DNA from: Octopus sinensis
Lineage: Eukaryota
Assembly: GCF_006345805.1 (NCBI RefSeq)
Contig: NC_042999.1
Coordinates: 53,134,001-53,198,000 of the forward strand
DNA length: 64,000 bases
Direction: 5' to 3'
Below, one piece after another: positions 23,916 through 37,849 of this stretch; position 1 is the first letter of the stretch; each line of letters starts with the position of its first letter. A program made the translations under genes and the position numbers. Below the pieces are notes generated by a model. It was not told where the DNA came from. It searched no databases and was given only the letters and a program-made list of their open reading frames with translations.

Positions 23916-24370
23916 CCTCAGAAAGCTACAAGCTTGTAGCCCCAGGAAGACGCCTCCTACAGCTGGCTATTGACACACTATCTGTGCCCTATCAGTATTT
24001 GCAAAGGGACGTCATCATTCCCATTGCCAGCCTGACGTGATAAACACGAGTTTCTGAGTATTGACCGGTCATCAGTGGTTGGAGATGGGAAATGGTTCTC
24101 AATGCAAATATGTATACCTTTTCCAGTGACGAAAAGCCACTGATCTCGAAAAAGTGGAAACAAGTAATAATATATCTCTGAGCGAGTTATAAACAGTAGC
24201 AACACGACATCGTGAAGTATATTTGCCACCTAAATGTGGCTGACCCTTAAGGGTAGATGCTACTGAAGCTTGTAGCCCCCGGAAGACATTTCCTCCATCT
24301 GGCAATTGACACACTATCTGTGCCCTATCAGTATTTGCAAAGGGAAGTCATCATTCCTATCTCCAGTCTG
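23675..24370. repeat. Diverged local duplication; first copy interrupted
   Basis: 23675-23765 plus 23925-24025 match the contiguous 24175-24360. Confidence 0.8.
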
Positions 24371-25429
24371 ACGTTTCTATTTATGACTATATCTATTTAA
24401 CAATTTGTGGAGAGAGATAGGTGACAGGTAGATACATAGATTCATAATTAGACTGATCGATCGATATTTGTTATGCGAACATTATCTGCACCAGTTACCT
24501 ATGAGAACAGGGAGGGTTCAAGATCTGTAAATACGGCAGGATTTCAAGGGATTAAGAAGTCGAAAGATAGCTCTCAGTGTCATTTGTTGACGTTCAGTGT
24601 TCTACACAGAAGTCTTTGTATATTTTGCTAAGTGATGCTCCTCCACGGTGATTATGAACAACCATGGTCTCCTCATGAGGCAGCACTAACATATGTTTTT
24701 TTTTTCCTATTTTCGTATGCCAGGATATTAATGTGTATCGTAATAATTCCTCATTGATCTATAAACTAATGGGGTTCGCCAATGAATTTCAAAATCTATT
24801 CTAGAAATTTCTTCATGCGTAATATTGTAGCGATGTCTACAAACAAATTATAACTTATATTGTAATAATTATTCGTCAGAAATTGTATTAATGTACAGCT
24901 TCCCATGTCTTAATAAAGCTGCATTTTGAATTAGTTCTTGAAACTACTTTGAAATTCAAGCAATATATCTTTACGTTTTCCAAATAATATAATTTTGCTT
25001 GGAAAGATGTCATGCTGCTGACAACTGTAAGAATAAAAGAATATCTTTACATTCATGCTGATGGTGGGGTGGGGTGAAGTTTAAGGAAAATAATAAAAAT
25101 AATAAACGTTGAGACTGTACAAATGTCGTCAGAAAAAAATTCCATGTAGATTTTCCATTTGGCTTTCGATAACTAAATGTCATTTACAAATATTATTGAT
25201 ATAAGAAACACTGGAAGAATCGACTAACAATATAAAATATAAAGACAATTCTGAAGAATTCCAGATTTAGCAATTACCCCATGTCAGCTAAACAAGTGAA
25301 AATGGAAAACTAATAAACACATGGTTCCGATATTAAAAGAGAAGAGTTTGCTAAATATGGACTTCCCGTCTTTGAGAATCTCTTTGAGAAATTCTTCCGT
25401 TGAACTTACTCAGTATGTTTAAATCACAC

Positions 25430-25469
25430 ATACTACTACTACTGCTGCTGCTGCTCATCTTGCTGCTGT

Positions 25470-25510
<41 letters not shown>

Positions 25511-25805
25511 TCACAACTGCTGCTGCTGTTACTACTACTACTACTACTACTACTACTATCACAACTGGTGCTACTACTACTATCACAACTACTGCTGCTG
25601 CTACTTCTACTACTACAACTACTATCACAATAGCTGCTGATGCTACTACTACTACTATTATCACGTCTACTGCTGCTGCTCCTACTACTACTAATATCAC
25701 AACTGCTGCTGCTACTACTACTATCACAACTTCTGCTGCTGCTGCTGCTACTACTTCTATCACAACTGCTGGTGCTGCTGCTATTACTACTACTGCTACT
25801 ACTAC
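25430..25805. repeat. (CTA/CTG)n array with periodic ATCACAA
   Basis: Trinucleotide array punctuated by ATCACAACT. Confidence 0.95.
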
Positions 25806-26273
25806 TACACAATTCCCATTGCATTTAATAGACTCAACATTGTATGCTGAATTACTTGTTTTATATCCAATATCTTTAGATTCTTCACGATTTTCCGACA
25901 CTGAAGAACATATCTCCATGGTTACGAAGTTAATTTCCACATCCAATCCCATCGGTGCCATATTCATCCGAAGGCCACCTCTTGACGAATCTGAATCTTT
26001 GCTATTTTTATTGTGTAGAATTGCAATTTGACAATGTGGCTGAATAGGATCAAAAGTTTGCTTCAAAACGGCGTGGACGAAGGTTCAATACTAGTGCAAA
26101 ACACTTTATAAAACTATTTTGCACCTTAATAACTGTTTTATAAATCGTTCGTGAACGAAATTTGGTTCAGTGGAATTCTGATGTTTTCTCTGTTGTCTCT
26201 CTCTTTTGATTGTGTCTATTAACATTTTCACATGATGAAGTAAAGTTTGATGCAAGTGTTGATACCAACATCC

Positions 26274-26275
<2 letters not shown>

Positions 26276-26359
<84 letters not shown>

Positions 26360-26376
26360 AAGTTGCATTAGTAGAA

Positions 26377-26441
<65 letters not shown>
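26276..26441. repeat. (AGT)n array
   Basis: Trinucleotide array, opposite strand to 25430-25805. Confidence 0.95.
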
Positions 26442-26442
<1 letters not shown>

Positions 26443-27224
26443 TGTGTGATTTAAATATACATTTAAATATATTGTAGTTTTTTCCCTCCAGGTTCAGTCG
26501 TTCTGGAAAAACTCATTTTATTTCCTCTTTATGTATTTGGAAACCAAAACTGAAAACAAAATTAGATAAAATAAGATAAAAATAAAGTTTTCTGGAGGTA
26601 ATTGCTTTGTCAGATTACGGAACGGAACCTATTAAAATATGTGATTATGTTACCCCTTTCGTCACTATTTCATTGAAATTGATTGCGTTCTCTCTATAAC
26701 TAGGCGTATATCATAAGTAATGTTCTTCGTCACAATGTTTCATAAACTTATAAACAAAGTTTCTTAAAATGTTATTATGAAACGTATACATAAATATTTT
26801 TCAATGTTTTTGCTCATTTACAAATGGAATTAAGCCACGTTTCCTGGTTTGCTATCTCAATAGCTTTATAGGATCCAATGGCTAAAGACATCATCAGGAG
26901 GAACCACGTCCGGTTTCGGCCCCTACTCCTCTACCGTTTTCGACGTGGCGAGGCCCCCACTTTCGGAAGTGTCTTCAGCCCTGGTGTTGAGTGCGTTTCT
27001 TCTTTGTCCTTTTTTCTTCTGTTAGATTTTCTGCCGGCGTCTCTGTTATCAAAAATGCGGAATAAATTTATATATTCTTTAAAAGGACAATACCATCTTC
27101 ATGATTTTAATCTTGATACAGGGCGGCCTTATTAAATCTATGCTTGCCATTATATTTCTATACAACATAACCAAAGTCCCATCCTACATTCCGGTTGATC
27201 AGTATTACTGTAGATATAGTGTGT

Positions 27225-27275
<51 letters not shown>

Positions 27276-30136
27276 TGTGTGTATGTGTGTGTCTTGAAAT
27301 GTGGATGTTTTTTGCAATTCTGCAATTGTGGTACAGGTCTGTACTCAAAGCATGTTTGAATGTTCAAAACAAGGATGAAAGTTTACAAATTTAGAGATTT
27401 TTTGAAGGAACTGAGCGTCGTATATTGACCCCTGTGTATCAATAAAATAGAGATGTCGAGAACCGATTGGACTCAACTCTAAACAAACTTTTGGCTTTTG
27501 AATGCTTTCTATACATATAAAATCTGATTTTTTTAATGATTTTTCACGTGACGGTTATAAGTTTATTAAGTATCATAAAGATATGGTTTTCCAAGAATTG
27601 TTGATTAGATGTTTGATAGACAGCCAAATACTAACGATGTTTGATTGTATACTGAAGGACGTGTCCAAATTCGTTTATAGATAGAAACACATAACATTAA
27701 TCACATGAAAATGTAAACAAAACTAAATTTATTCACTCACAGATATATCATCTTCGGACTGGTCCTCAAAAGACTTTTTTTTTATTTCCTAGTTAATTAT
27801 TTGCCTTTGAAACGTCAGTGGTGACCACCTAAATATTATCTTAAATTGATCAATACAGCTGACGTTTGAAGGCCGACTCTGATAAAAAAAAAAACATTGC
27901 ACTAGATTGACGTTTATTAGGCTACAATATTGTGGTAAAGAACTTAGAAGAGTTCTGCGATTATGAACCGTTGAAAATAGGTGCAGCTGGTCAGAGTTAT
28001 TTAGTCAACAACGGGACCACCTTGTCAGGTACACAGTTGATCATCGTCAAAACATAAACCTACAGAAAACATAGATAAGCTGAGCATCATATGCTGAGGT
28101 TAATTCATCCATTAATAAACCTTAAAATGAATTATCATTGGAAATTACGTCAGGTGTTTAGGTGACTTGAGATGAGTACAGGTGTGATAAAGGAGTAGTG
28201 TAAGTTGGAAGAAAATAAGAGGCTGAAAAGAAGACCAGAGTACCAAGGTGTAGCGAATGTTTTGTACTGCTTTCTAAAGTGTTGACAGTTTGACGTATGT
28301 CTGGTTTCGGATGGCGCTTAAAATCCCATCGAGAAGTGAAATAAATATTCCATTGCGTGATACACTTAAAATGAATTCATTGTATGCAAATTAATGAATT
28401 TATAAGTCTTTTGTGAAAGTTACCCGTAAAACTAACCTTTACATAATACTACAGTTTTGGAATCGCTAAGAAACACCAGGGTGTTCATTCTACAGTTACA
28501 CAGAAAAAATCCTCTCAAGATTGTCTGACAGGTTTGATTTTCAGATCATATCAAGTTTGTTTATTTCCGACCATGTTTACGTGGTATGAGATTTTTCGTG
28601 CTTTTCAGATGAGGCTATCTCAGACCTGAAGTATGTGAAATCAACTTGATTGAGGGTGGTGGGGTCTCCGCTGATGTTGGTGATTTACCCCTTTTGGTTG
28701 TTAGCATTGAACTTGGTTTTACTAGGATTTAAATAAATAAAAAAAACTCCAGCATCATGTGCTGCTCATTCTAGACTATGACGTAATTGGGTTGAGTTTG
28801 ATACTGTGTCCGAGAGCCGAACTGGAAATCTATTGTACCTAGATATAAGTGACCGAACAAGTTATTTCAGATGATTGTGAAGAAATATCGTGAAATATTG
28901 TAAATCCTAATATGTGTATTGGTTTGGTGACTAAATAGCTGATGCATAAACAAGATGGTAGCGTATGAAAAGATTGCATTTTGCTAATGTTTAAGGCATC
29001 CATGAAGTATTGTACCCCTGCGAATACGAATCGAACATCTGTAATGTTAATGAGAATCTGACTTTTGAATCTAAGTTAGATTTGGCTGACTTATTTGTAC
29101 AGAAAGTTAGAGAAGGATTAAATATTGTATCTTGCGTGTACGATGCTTTACAATTTTAAGTAAGAAAAAAGTGAGATTAATGGCGCTAAAACAATCCGAA
29201 ACACGCGTGACAAGACCACATATGTGACCATTAATATTTCAATGCTACACGAGCATTTTTCAACTATAGTTTCTTGATAAATACTCACCCAAACGACAGC
29301 AAGTAGATGGTGTGTTCAAGGTCGACTGTTTGTATACAAGAGGAATACATTTAATATGCAATATATCATATGATATAAAAGTGCATGTTCCACTTCATTT
29401 GAATACCGACAACATACATATGATTTCAGTCATGAATTGACTACGAATACTTTTAATGTTTCTATAAATATCTATATTTTATATTCCTTGATTATATCTC
29501 AGGATAATGTTATGTGTGCAAGGCTTGTGTGCGTCAGTCTGTATTATATACATTTATATATATATACACATTATTTTATTCTTTTATATTTTTATTTGTT
29601 TCAGTCATTTGACTGCGGCCATTATATTATATTATAATATGTGTGTGTGTGCGTGCATGTGTGTGTGAATTGTAAATAATATGTCTATATTTGGATAGTC
29701 TTATAACCATTGTGCCCACTCACAGCTTAGTATTCCCTCAGTGTAGCTAAAAAACTCTTGTGTATGTATTAAAAATTCTCTCTAAATTTAGACTTCTATT
29801 GATTTTCGGTTTGTATTTAAGTAAAGCAGTGAATAAATCAGTGAAACCAGAAAACCGTCCTTCGGCCGCTAACTCTCAATTGACCAATGAACAAGCTGAG
29901 TGAACCTCGTTTCATCAGGCGTGTTTCCCGTCGTGCACTTGAATATCTATAAATACTGGAAGCAGCAAACAATGAATATTACAGTGATTATTAATAGAAT
30001 CTAACGCTGGAAAACAAGTCTTCTACCATTTTCTGTTATGCGATTAGAGCGAGACGGTGAGGGATGAAACGGTAAGATTAATAACCGTTTCTTTATTAGG
30101 GTGTTCACTACTTAATGTTTTGTTACTCCCCACCCC

Positions 30137-30139
<3 letters not shown>

Positions 30140-30189
<50 letters not shown>

Positions 30190-30206
30190 ACGTATGAAGT
30201 ATTATA

Positions 30207-30238
<32 letters not shown>

Positions 30239-30302
30239 CAGAGAGAGAGGGAGAGGGGATAGATAGATAGACTGATAGATAGATAGACAGAGACAGACAG
30301 AC

Positions 30303-30385
<83 letters not shown>

Positions 30386-30410
30386 CAGACAGATAAATAG
30401 ATAGATAAGC
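30140..30410. repeat. (TA)n/(GATA)n microsatellite
   Basis: Simple repeat arrays. Confidence 0.95.
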
Positions 30411-31509
30411 CATAGCAAAATTATTGAAGGTCATGGATGCAGTACAACTTTACTCTGAAATAAATTGATACCAGACTCACAAAACTAGACAAAGATCCTA
30501 GTTTCAGACATGTTCAGTACAACTTTCTCTTCATTTTTCGGTTGAACACCTCAGCTTCATCCATGTCTGATAGACGCAATTTAACATTACCTGGCTAATG
30601 AGTAAGTAGTCTTAATAGATCGTTGCACTTAATTCATCCACCTCTCTTTGGGTAGGTTTAACAAAGTCAACTTCGTCGCAAGCACTGGGACAAAGAGGCA
30701 AATGACAGGGTCTCTTTTAGTTTTTCACCACGATTTTGGTATTCTGTACCAAAAACAAGTCATCAACACTTTTGCAATTTCACCTTGGAGTAGCAGTAAA
30801 ATGAAGACCTCTATGCCGCACATTAAACCGTGGTATGTATCGCACAATGAATTGTATTAACACGAGAACCTTCTATGCTGCAAGGTTAGATGATACTTAC
30901 ACAAGTAAACGATAAACAATAGTTTAAAATTTCATATGTAACAAAACAGATATATGTATGTATAGAAATCAGGAGAGAGAGATAGAGAGAGAGAATACGT
31001 GTACGATTGTGCTGGCAAAGAATTCGAGACAGGATTGAATGATAACAGAAGGGTGTTATGTAAGATATGGCAACTGGCACCTCATGCCTTGCTGTTCTAA
31101 ATTTATGTTACAATCAACAGACTGGAAACGATATGATAACTTCTCTAGTAGTATATCATTAACCGTAAAGTGCAAAATTGCATATTTATTATTTTGCTAA
31201 TTGTATATAAAGGTAAATATGAACGTGGTATTATTTTGTAAAAATACCCCGGATTTTTACTAATATACGACACACGGCGAACAATCAACAATAAAAACGC
31301 CTGAATGATTGCTTTCCACTTCCCAACTTAATTAACTCATTATCTCTTTGCGAAAACATTTCGTTTGCGAAGCATTATGCATTCATATCTGGTATTCCAC
31401 TATTATCAAATCTACGCTTGAGCAATTGTGAAGATGTTCGCTTTAAACCGATGATATCATATGAAGAATACACAACTATGTGTCTGTGTGTATGTGTGTA
31501 AATGTATCT

Positions 31510-31725
31510 GTGTCTGTGTCTCTGTTTATATGTGTATGTGAGTGTGTTTTCTCCACCACCATTTGACAAGTACTGTTGATGTGTTTACGTCTCCATTAAG
31601 GCAAAATGTGACCAATGGAATAATTACCAGCCTTCAAAAATAAGGGCGGTTCTCGATTCAGTCGACTAAAATTGTTCAAGGTTATTCGCCTGTACGGTTG
31701 CAGTCTAATAACTGAAACATGGAAA
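31510..31725 (+). mobile_element. Degenerate SINE family A 3' half
   Basis: GTGTTTACGTC..., CAGTCTAATAACTGAAAC tail. Confidence 0.6.
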
Positions 31726-32145
31726 CACGCACACACACACACACACACAAACAAACACCCACACATATATACACATATAAAGTATATATGTATATATATA
31801 TATATATAATATATATATATTATATATATATATATTATATATATATATATTATATATATATATATATATTATTCTAAGTTTTCTCCATATATTGACTATA
31901 GGAACTAGCTTTATATTACGGCGTATAAATCCACGAGTGAAAAATAAGAATTAGTACGCGTGAGAATCGAACACACACCGCCTTTTTTCGCGTTGAGTGT
32001 TGTGAACGATTATACCAACATCCACATTCATTTCTCTCCGTTAAATTTTGAAGATATGATTTCATAGCTGTAAGCGTGTAGAAAAACGTTTATTCTGCGA
32101 AAGGTTATATTTTGTATAGACTCGCTGACTAGTGAGATAACAAAC

Positions 32146-32240
32146 ACGTAACAGCAGCCGTTCGGCATAAGCCCACAGGTCCAAAATGGTTGGACACTGC
32201 ACGAGTGCTTGCAGAACGGTTTCGTCGCTCTGACCGCATT
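32146..32240 (-). mobile_element. Tx1/L1-like ORF2 CCHC fragment
   Basis: CGQSDETVLQALVQCPTILDLWAYAERLL; homologous to 50420-50515. Confidence 0.8.
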
Positions 32241-33578
32241 TGAAATAACAAACTAGAACTCTTCATCAGATGCATTACGTTCAAAGAAAAGGACACACAA
32301 CCATTAAAAGGAACAAAAAACACTAATCTCAACCTTGACCCATTTTATACACGGCCCTAAATTCGGTCAGCGTCTGGTATGAATTTGAAGTCAACACCAT
32401 ATGCCTATAAATAACCGCCCACCACCTCCAGAAACCTAACAAATATTTACTTTTCTCAGTTTACTTTAAGGATGACCAAATTGATGGGCCCTGTTGAAGC
32501 TGCCCCGATAACAATGCAAGGATGTATTTGCAACCGTGAGTAGTCGGTGCCGCGGAAACAAGTGTAGGTTATTATGATATGCTGTTTGACATTAGGAAAT
32601 AAATTTTGTGGATGAACAAGTCTCCATACTCTATAATTCATCTAGACGTGAAAACAAATCCAAACGTCCAAGTAGGTTTATCTGCTCTATTAAAGACAGA
32701 AATAAAATCTATATTATCAAATGGGAATGAATTATTACTATGAAAACTTTAGCCAGTGGACTATATACAAATAAATCCTGTCCCCTCTCCAACCTGACAA
32801 ATTAAATTAAGAGTGCCTTCATTTTACCTAAACATGTTCGCTAAACTGTTGGCCTTCATTTTAGGCGAGAATTTACTGTCACGTGACACTAATGCACGGA
32901 CAGCGGGATACGTACAAAAGGTTCTAAACTTAATCACGTGTTCATTATCTACAAACACTTGTTAGAAAACATTTAGAGCATTGATTGTTTGGTACTGTCG
33001 CTAGACATGTTCAGTCAGCCGTGTCAGCCTTAAATTACGACGCCAAGCATTGCCACTTACAAATAACAGACGGACGTAGCGGGGAATCTACAAAGGTTTC
33101 TAAGACCAGCCATGTGACTATCCTTTAGCAATCAAGTCCTATCAAAACCATATACTAACATGAGCCATGACCTCCCTATGAAAATAGAACAAGCTTCAAA
33201 CACTAGACAGAAATAAGTCAGTTGCGATATAAGCCAAGTATTTCTATTTCAATATTTTGATAATTAGTTTAAACTGTGAAAACGGTTAAATCTTTAAAGA
33301 CTGAAAAAAAATGTGAGTCTTGAGCTAATGTGAGCGTCGAAATTCTTATAAAACCAGAACAAGCTTTAAACACTAGTCATAAGCAAGAGAGCTGAGACAT
33401 CAGCCACGTCTTTCTGTTTCAGCTTTTCTAAAATCAGTGTAAAATGCGAAAGCGGTTAAGTCTTTAAATAAAATAAAACAAATATTTTAACTTTTCTCAG
33501 TGCAATATTCAACTTCTATTTTTTCTATACTTCTACTCGTGCGTAATAAAATATCTTTGTTTGCTCTCTCTCTCTCTG

Positions 33579-33611
<33 letters not shown>

Positions 33612-33648
33612 TTCTATCTATCGATCGATCTGTGTGTATATATATATG

Positions 33649-33694
<46 letters not shown>

Positions 33695-33698
<4 letters not shown>

Positions 33699-33965
33699 TT
33701 TAATAATTTTGATATTTATAAAAAAAGAATTTAATTAATTATTAATTAATTAATTAATAAAAAAAATAATATATAAATATAAAAAATATACATATATATA
33801 TATATATATATATTTGTATATATATATATTTAAAATTTATAAGTTTAAATTATTTAAATAATTTTTTAATTTTTAACTTTTATATTTTAAAATTAATTTT
33901 ATGTATTGGCTTATGTTATTCACTGTTTGATTTGCCTAATAGTGGTTTTATCTCTAATTTAATAT
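33695..33965 (+). mobile_element. Degenerate 3' end of the AT-rich PLE family at 41720-43010
   Basis: ATGTATTGGCTTA...GATTTGCCTAATAGTGGTTTTATCTCTAA matches 42945-43000; (TA)n on both sides. Confidence 0.7.
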
Positions 33966-33966
33966 A

Positions 33967-34063
<97 letters not shown>

Positions 34064-34148
34064 AGAGTTTACGAAAAGACAAAAGACGAAGACAGGTGGT
34101 GTACAAAACAAACAGATGTATTAGTATAACGCTCAGGAATAGAAAGTC

Positions 34149-34182
34149 TTCTACGTTTCGAGCCTACGCTCTTCTACAGAAA
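34149..34182 (-). ncRNA. Minimal HHR-like motif, CUGUAGA core variant
   Basis: UUU-CUGUAGA-A-GAGC-GUAG-GCUC-GAAA-CG-UA-GAA, followed by a pyrimidine-rich tail and (TA)n. Confidence 0.5.
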
Positions 34183-34639
34183 TGGACACAGAAAAAACAA
34201 GGAGAGAAGAATATATATAAAATATAATATATATATATATATGTACAGAGAGAGAGAGAGGGAGAGAGAGAGAGAGAGACAAACAGACAGAGTAACAACG
34301 ATACTCGAAATGTCTCCACAGTCTTCATCTAACAAATTCCATGGTATAGGGCTGGTTGGCATGCTGCCGTATTGGAAGAAACGTTTGGCCGGAGTGCCGA
34401 AAAGTGGGAATGAAACATGAGTGTGGATAGTTGTCAAAGGGAGTGCATCATCCGTGCAAAAGTGCTTGTGCATGTATATGACTATTTCTCCCATTGTATG
34501 TCAAGACATGGGGGCACATCCTTGTAGTTTATCTGTTTATGTAAGGATTCGAGTCCAGAAAGCGAAATAATCGAGTCTTTTATGACTATGAATGTTAAAA
34601 AGAGGAAAGTGTTGTATTCATTGGACAGGTACACATGCA

Positions 34640-34691
<52 letters not shown>

Positions 34692-34728
34692 TAGACAGAC
34701 AGACAGACATACAGACAGACGGACAGAC

Positions 34729-34785
<57 letters not shown>

Positions 34786-34868
34786 TATAGATAGATAGAT
34801 ATATAGACAGACAGACAGACAGATAGACAGACAGACAGATAGACAGACAGACAGACAGACAGACGGAC

Positions 34869-34949
<81 letters not shown>

Positions 34950-34950
34950 C
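34640..34950. repeat. (GATA/GACA)n microsatellite
   Basis: Tetranucleotide array. Confidence 0.97.
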
Positions 34951-35569
34951 AGGCATACACACACAACTACGCACGCACATACACAGAAAGAGAAAGAGGA
35001 GAGCAGGTGAGAGACTTGAATATAAATATATATTTTTCCCTTCATTCTCACAACGTTGGTCACTTATATGTATATGTGTGGGATGAGTAATGTTTAGAAA
35101 GAGAGGGATATATAGATACATTTTTGTATGTTTCTATGCTTTTCAAACATGCTATTTTAAAAATTATTCCTTATTAAAAAAAAAAGGAAATTATACTTTA
35201 ATACGTGATGTGATAAAACGAAGATTTTGTGGAAGATTTGTATGTCGCTTTCAGCTTTTCAAAAACACGTTTTACGGCAAGCTGAAAACGGCGAAAAGGC
35301 TGTACACCGTATTTTGGTTCCATTAGGTTTGTGTTTATTTCTGTTTCATTAATTTAAGAGAATATTTTTTTCAACTTTTGTGGCTGTAACAAGAGATTTT
35401 TCTGAAAAGAAACTCTATAATATATACGTGTGTGTGTATATGTGTGTGTGTATGTCTGTGTGCATGTGCTTTTGTGTGAACATCTATATTGACAAAATAT
35501 GAAGGTAGAATTGAATGTTACAGGAGTTAAGATCACAAGAGATCGAGAAAATATATTTAACCCAGGCCG

Positions 35570-35850
35570 TATCAAAAAAGTCTACCCGTCACACTTCTTG
35601 GTTCATCGTTACTGCCTCGAAGTCCTGGGATAAATTCCAGCCCAATGTCCGCAATCCAAGTGGCCGATGTAAGATTTCCTGTTCTTATATTACCATGATG
35701 TGTGTTCCACAAGACTGATTTATATGCTTGAAGTCTAGGGAGGCCCTCTGTGCCTGATCTCCTCGCTAACTGGCTGGATGAGAAGAAAATGGTGTGAATT
35801 TGTCTGCAAGCAATTGGCAGCAAACTATTTCATAATCGGAAGAAGAATGA
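35570..35850 (-). pseudogene. RTE-type LINE C-terminal remnant
   Basis: SVLWNTHHGNIRTG...ADIGLEFIPGLRGSNDEP resembles RTE 'LVLW.P.HG.R.RGRP...DTGL'. Confidence 0.45.
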
Positions 35851-36255
35851 GCTAGAAACTTGAGCAGAATGATAGATATATAAGTCACGGAAGGTATTCA
35901 TAGTTGAGTGTAAAGGAAGAGAAGCAGAGAATAAAAGATGAAAATAAGAGGAAGAACGATAGATAGAGAGAGAAAAAGAGAATAATAAAAACTACCATAG
36001 TTGGATGTATAAAGTTCAAGAAGTAGAGGAATACGCGTAGAAAGAAGTAGCCAGTATAGTTATATATAACGAAGGGAAAAGCGAATGTGACTGAGCATAG
36101 GGCAAGTAAATTAGAATTACCACTAAGCTAGTCTAGCCAAAGAGGGCATTATGTAGGAAAGGACCTAGAGTTTCACGGGATTGTATGTTAGTCAAAGGAA
36201 ATGTTATGCTAACTAGACAAGCGAAGGGAAAAAAGTGTGGGGTAAGATATAAGTA

Positions 36256-36630
36256 TCTCTATATATATGTATAAACAGGCAAATGTCTGTCTGTGTGTGT
36301 GTGTCCTTTATACAAATCCACATTTTTTCAGTTAGAGGGCTTTCACATTCTATGGTCATTCAAAACCTTCCAAGGGTGGTCGTGTATATCTTTACATTTC
36401 CCCAGTCACCCCCACAAAGCCATTAAAAAATCAATAGAAGTGACATTTTTGTGAATTTTCTATCCCAAACCCAATCAAAATGCCCGAAACTTGATACGCC
36501 AATTGAATGCCAGCTAGCTGTATGTAATTGATCGGAGATTTGGACAGTACTCGCGTGTATGTGCGCACGCACGCAGCTGTATATGCAGGCACTAGCACTA
36601 TGACCCGGTGTTGCCGGGTCATAGTGCTAG
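36256..36630 (+). mobile_element. Non-autonomous Helitron
   Basis: A|TC 5' end, CTAG|T 3' end, terminal 17-bp hairpin. Confidence 0.75.
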
Positions 36631-37849
36631 TATTGTTATAAATCAGCTGACTATGATTTGGTTCAGGTTTATAAGTTTATAAAATGTAAAATACATAATG
36701 AGAACAATGCGCTTAAGACGAATGCATTTGTCGCTAATTACCAGGATAATGAATTTAAATATGTTAAGAACAAGGATTTAACATGTAAGTCGCAAATTCA
36801 ATGTAAAATAGGAATATTTTCAAATGTCCGTATAGGAGTAGCAGAGGAGTAAACAGTAGGATCTTAGATTTGTACATTAACTAAGAATCTTGATAAATGG
36901 ACGCTATAATATATTCTGATAAATCCTAATATGGAATTTCGGCCAGAATTAAAGAATTATGGAACGTGAAGTTATACGGAGTTCGAGTACGTTGTACATT
37001 TAAATTAGAGGAAGTATCTACAGATTACAGAGAGAATGAAAATCGTATTATAGAATGAGGACTTAGGCGATGCGAAACCAATGTAATTAAATTTAAAAGG
37101 ATTATTATGCGCCTATAATGTATGTGAGTAGAAACAAGGTGTTGAGATTCAAAGTCCTACATTTAGACTTGAGATAAAGTAGGATCGCTTTGAAGAATCT
37201 GTAGAGGCAAGTAGTAAAATACTTAGTTGTTTTTCTTCAGTAATTGCTGTGAGTTCTGTATTTGGATTTGGATTTGTATAGAATCTTTTAGGCAACAATA
37301 AAACCAGGCAACGCCTCCCTGCTATTGCACACCAGTGTTGACGACAGACTAAGTAATATTATCTTGTACACGAAATATTATCTCTGAATATCAAGATATG
37401 TGCAAGAAGAAACGTGAATGTCTGGAGGGGTAACGGGTGAGTGCAGTGGTAATAATTTTATCTATGTAAAATTTCTGAAATGCATAAATATACACACATG
37501 CATTTCTGAAATGCCTACGCGCGAGAGCACACACGCATACATATATGGAAATTATGAAGATAAACAAATGAGATATATTAAATAGAATAGTTTGGGTATG
37601 AAATACAAAATATGTATACATGTATACATGCAAAACGAGAGGAAGCAAAAAGTGGAGACTTACAAACGATGAGTATTCAAGTATAAATTTATAGATATCT
37701 ATATTAGTAGAACCAACTTATACAGAATACAAATGACAGAGAAAATAAAAGGGGCGGGAGAAAAGTGTTAAAGTCCAACAGCTGTTTGTGGGGATTAGGG
37801 GATCCTTTAAAATGTTGGTAGATGTAGTTCATCAGAATATGCAACCGTA

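Noticed and set aside
24795-25135. Two minus-strand CTGACGA motifs
   Set aside because: Stem II or GAAA missing.
25805-26066. Minus-strand open frame (QTFDPIQPHCQIAILHNK...)
   Set aside because: No known motif or clear splice sites; length inflated by the adjacent triplet array.
28609-28630. Possible 22-nt microexon (TTTTCAG|...|GTATGT)
   Set aside because: Such signals arise by chance in 64 kb; needs RNA-seq.
30514-30590. Possible terminal exon on the minus strand (NVKLRLSDMDEAEVFNRKMKRKLY*)
   Set aside because: No homology recognised and no supporting neighbouring exons.
36850-37260. Possible CR1 3' remnant
   Set aside because: Only vague motif resemblance.
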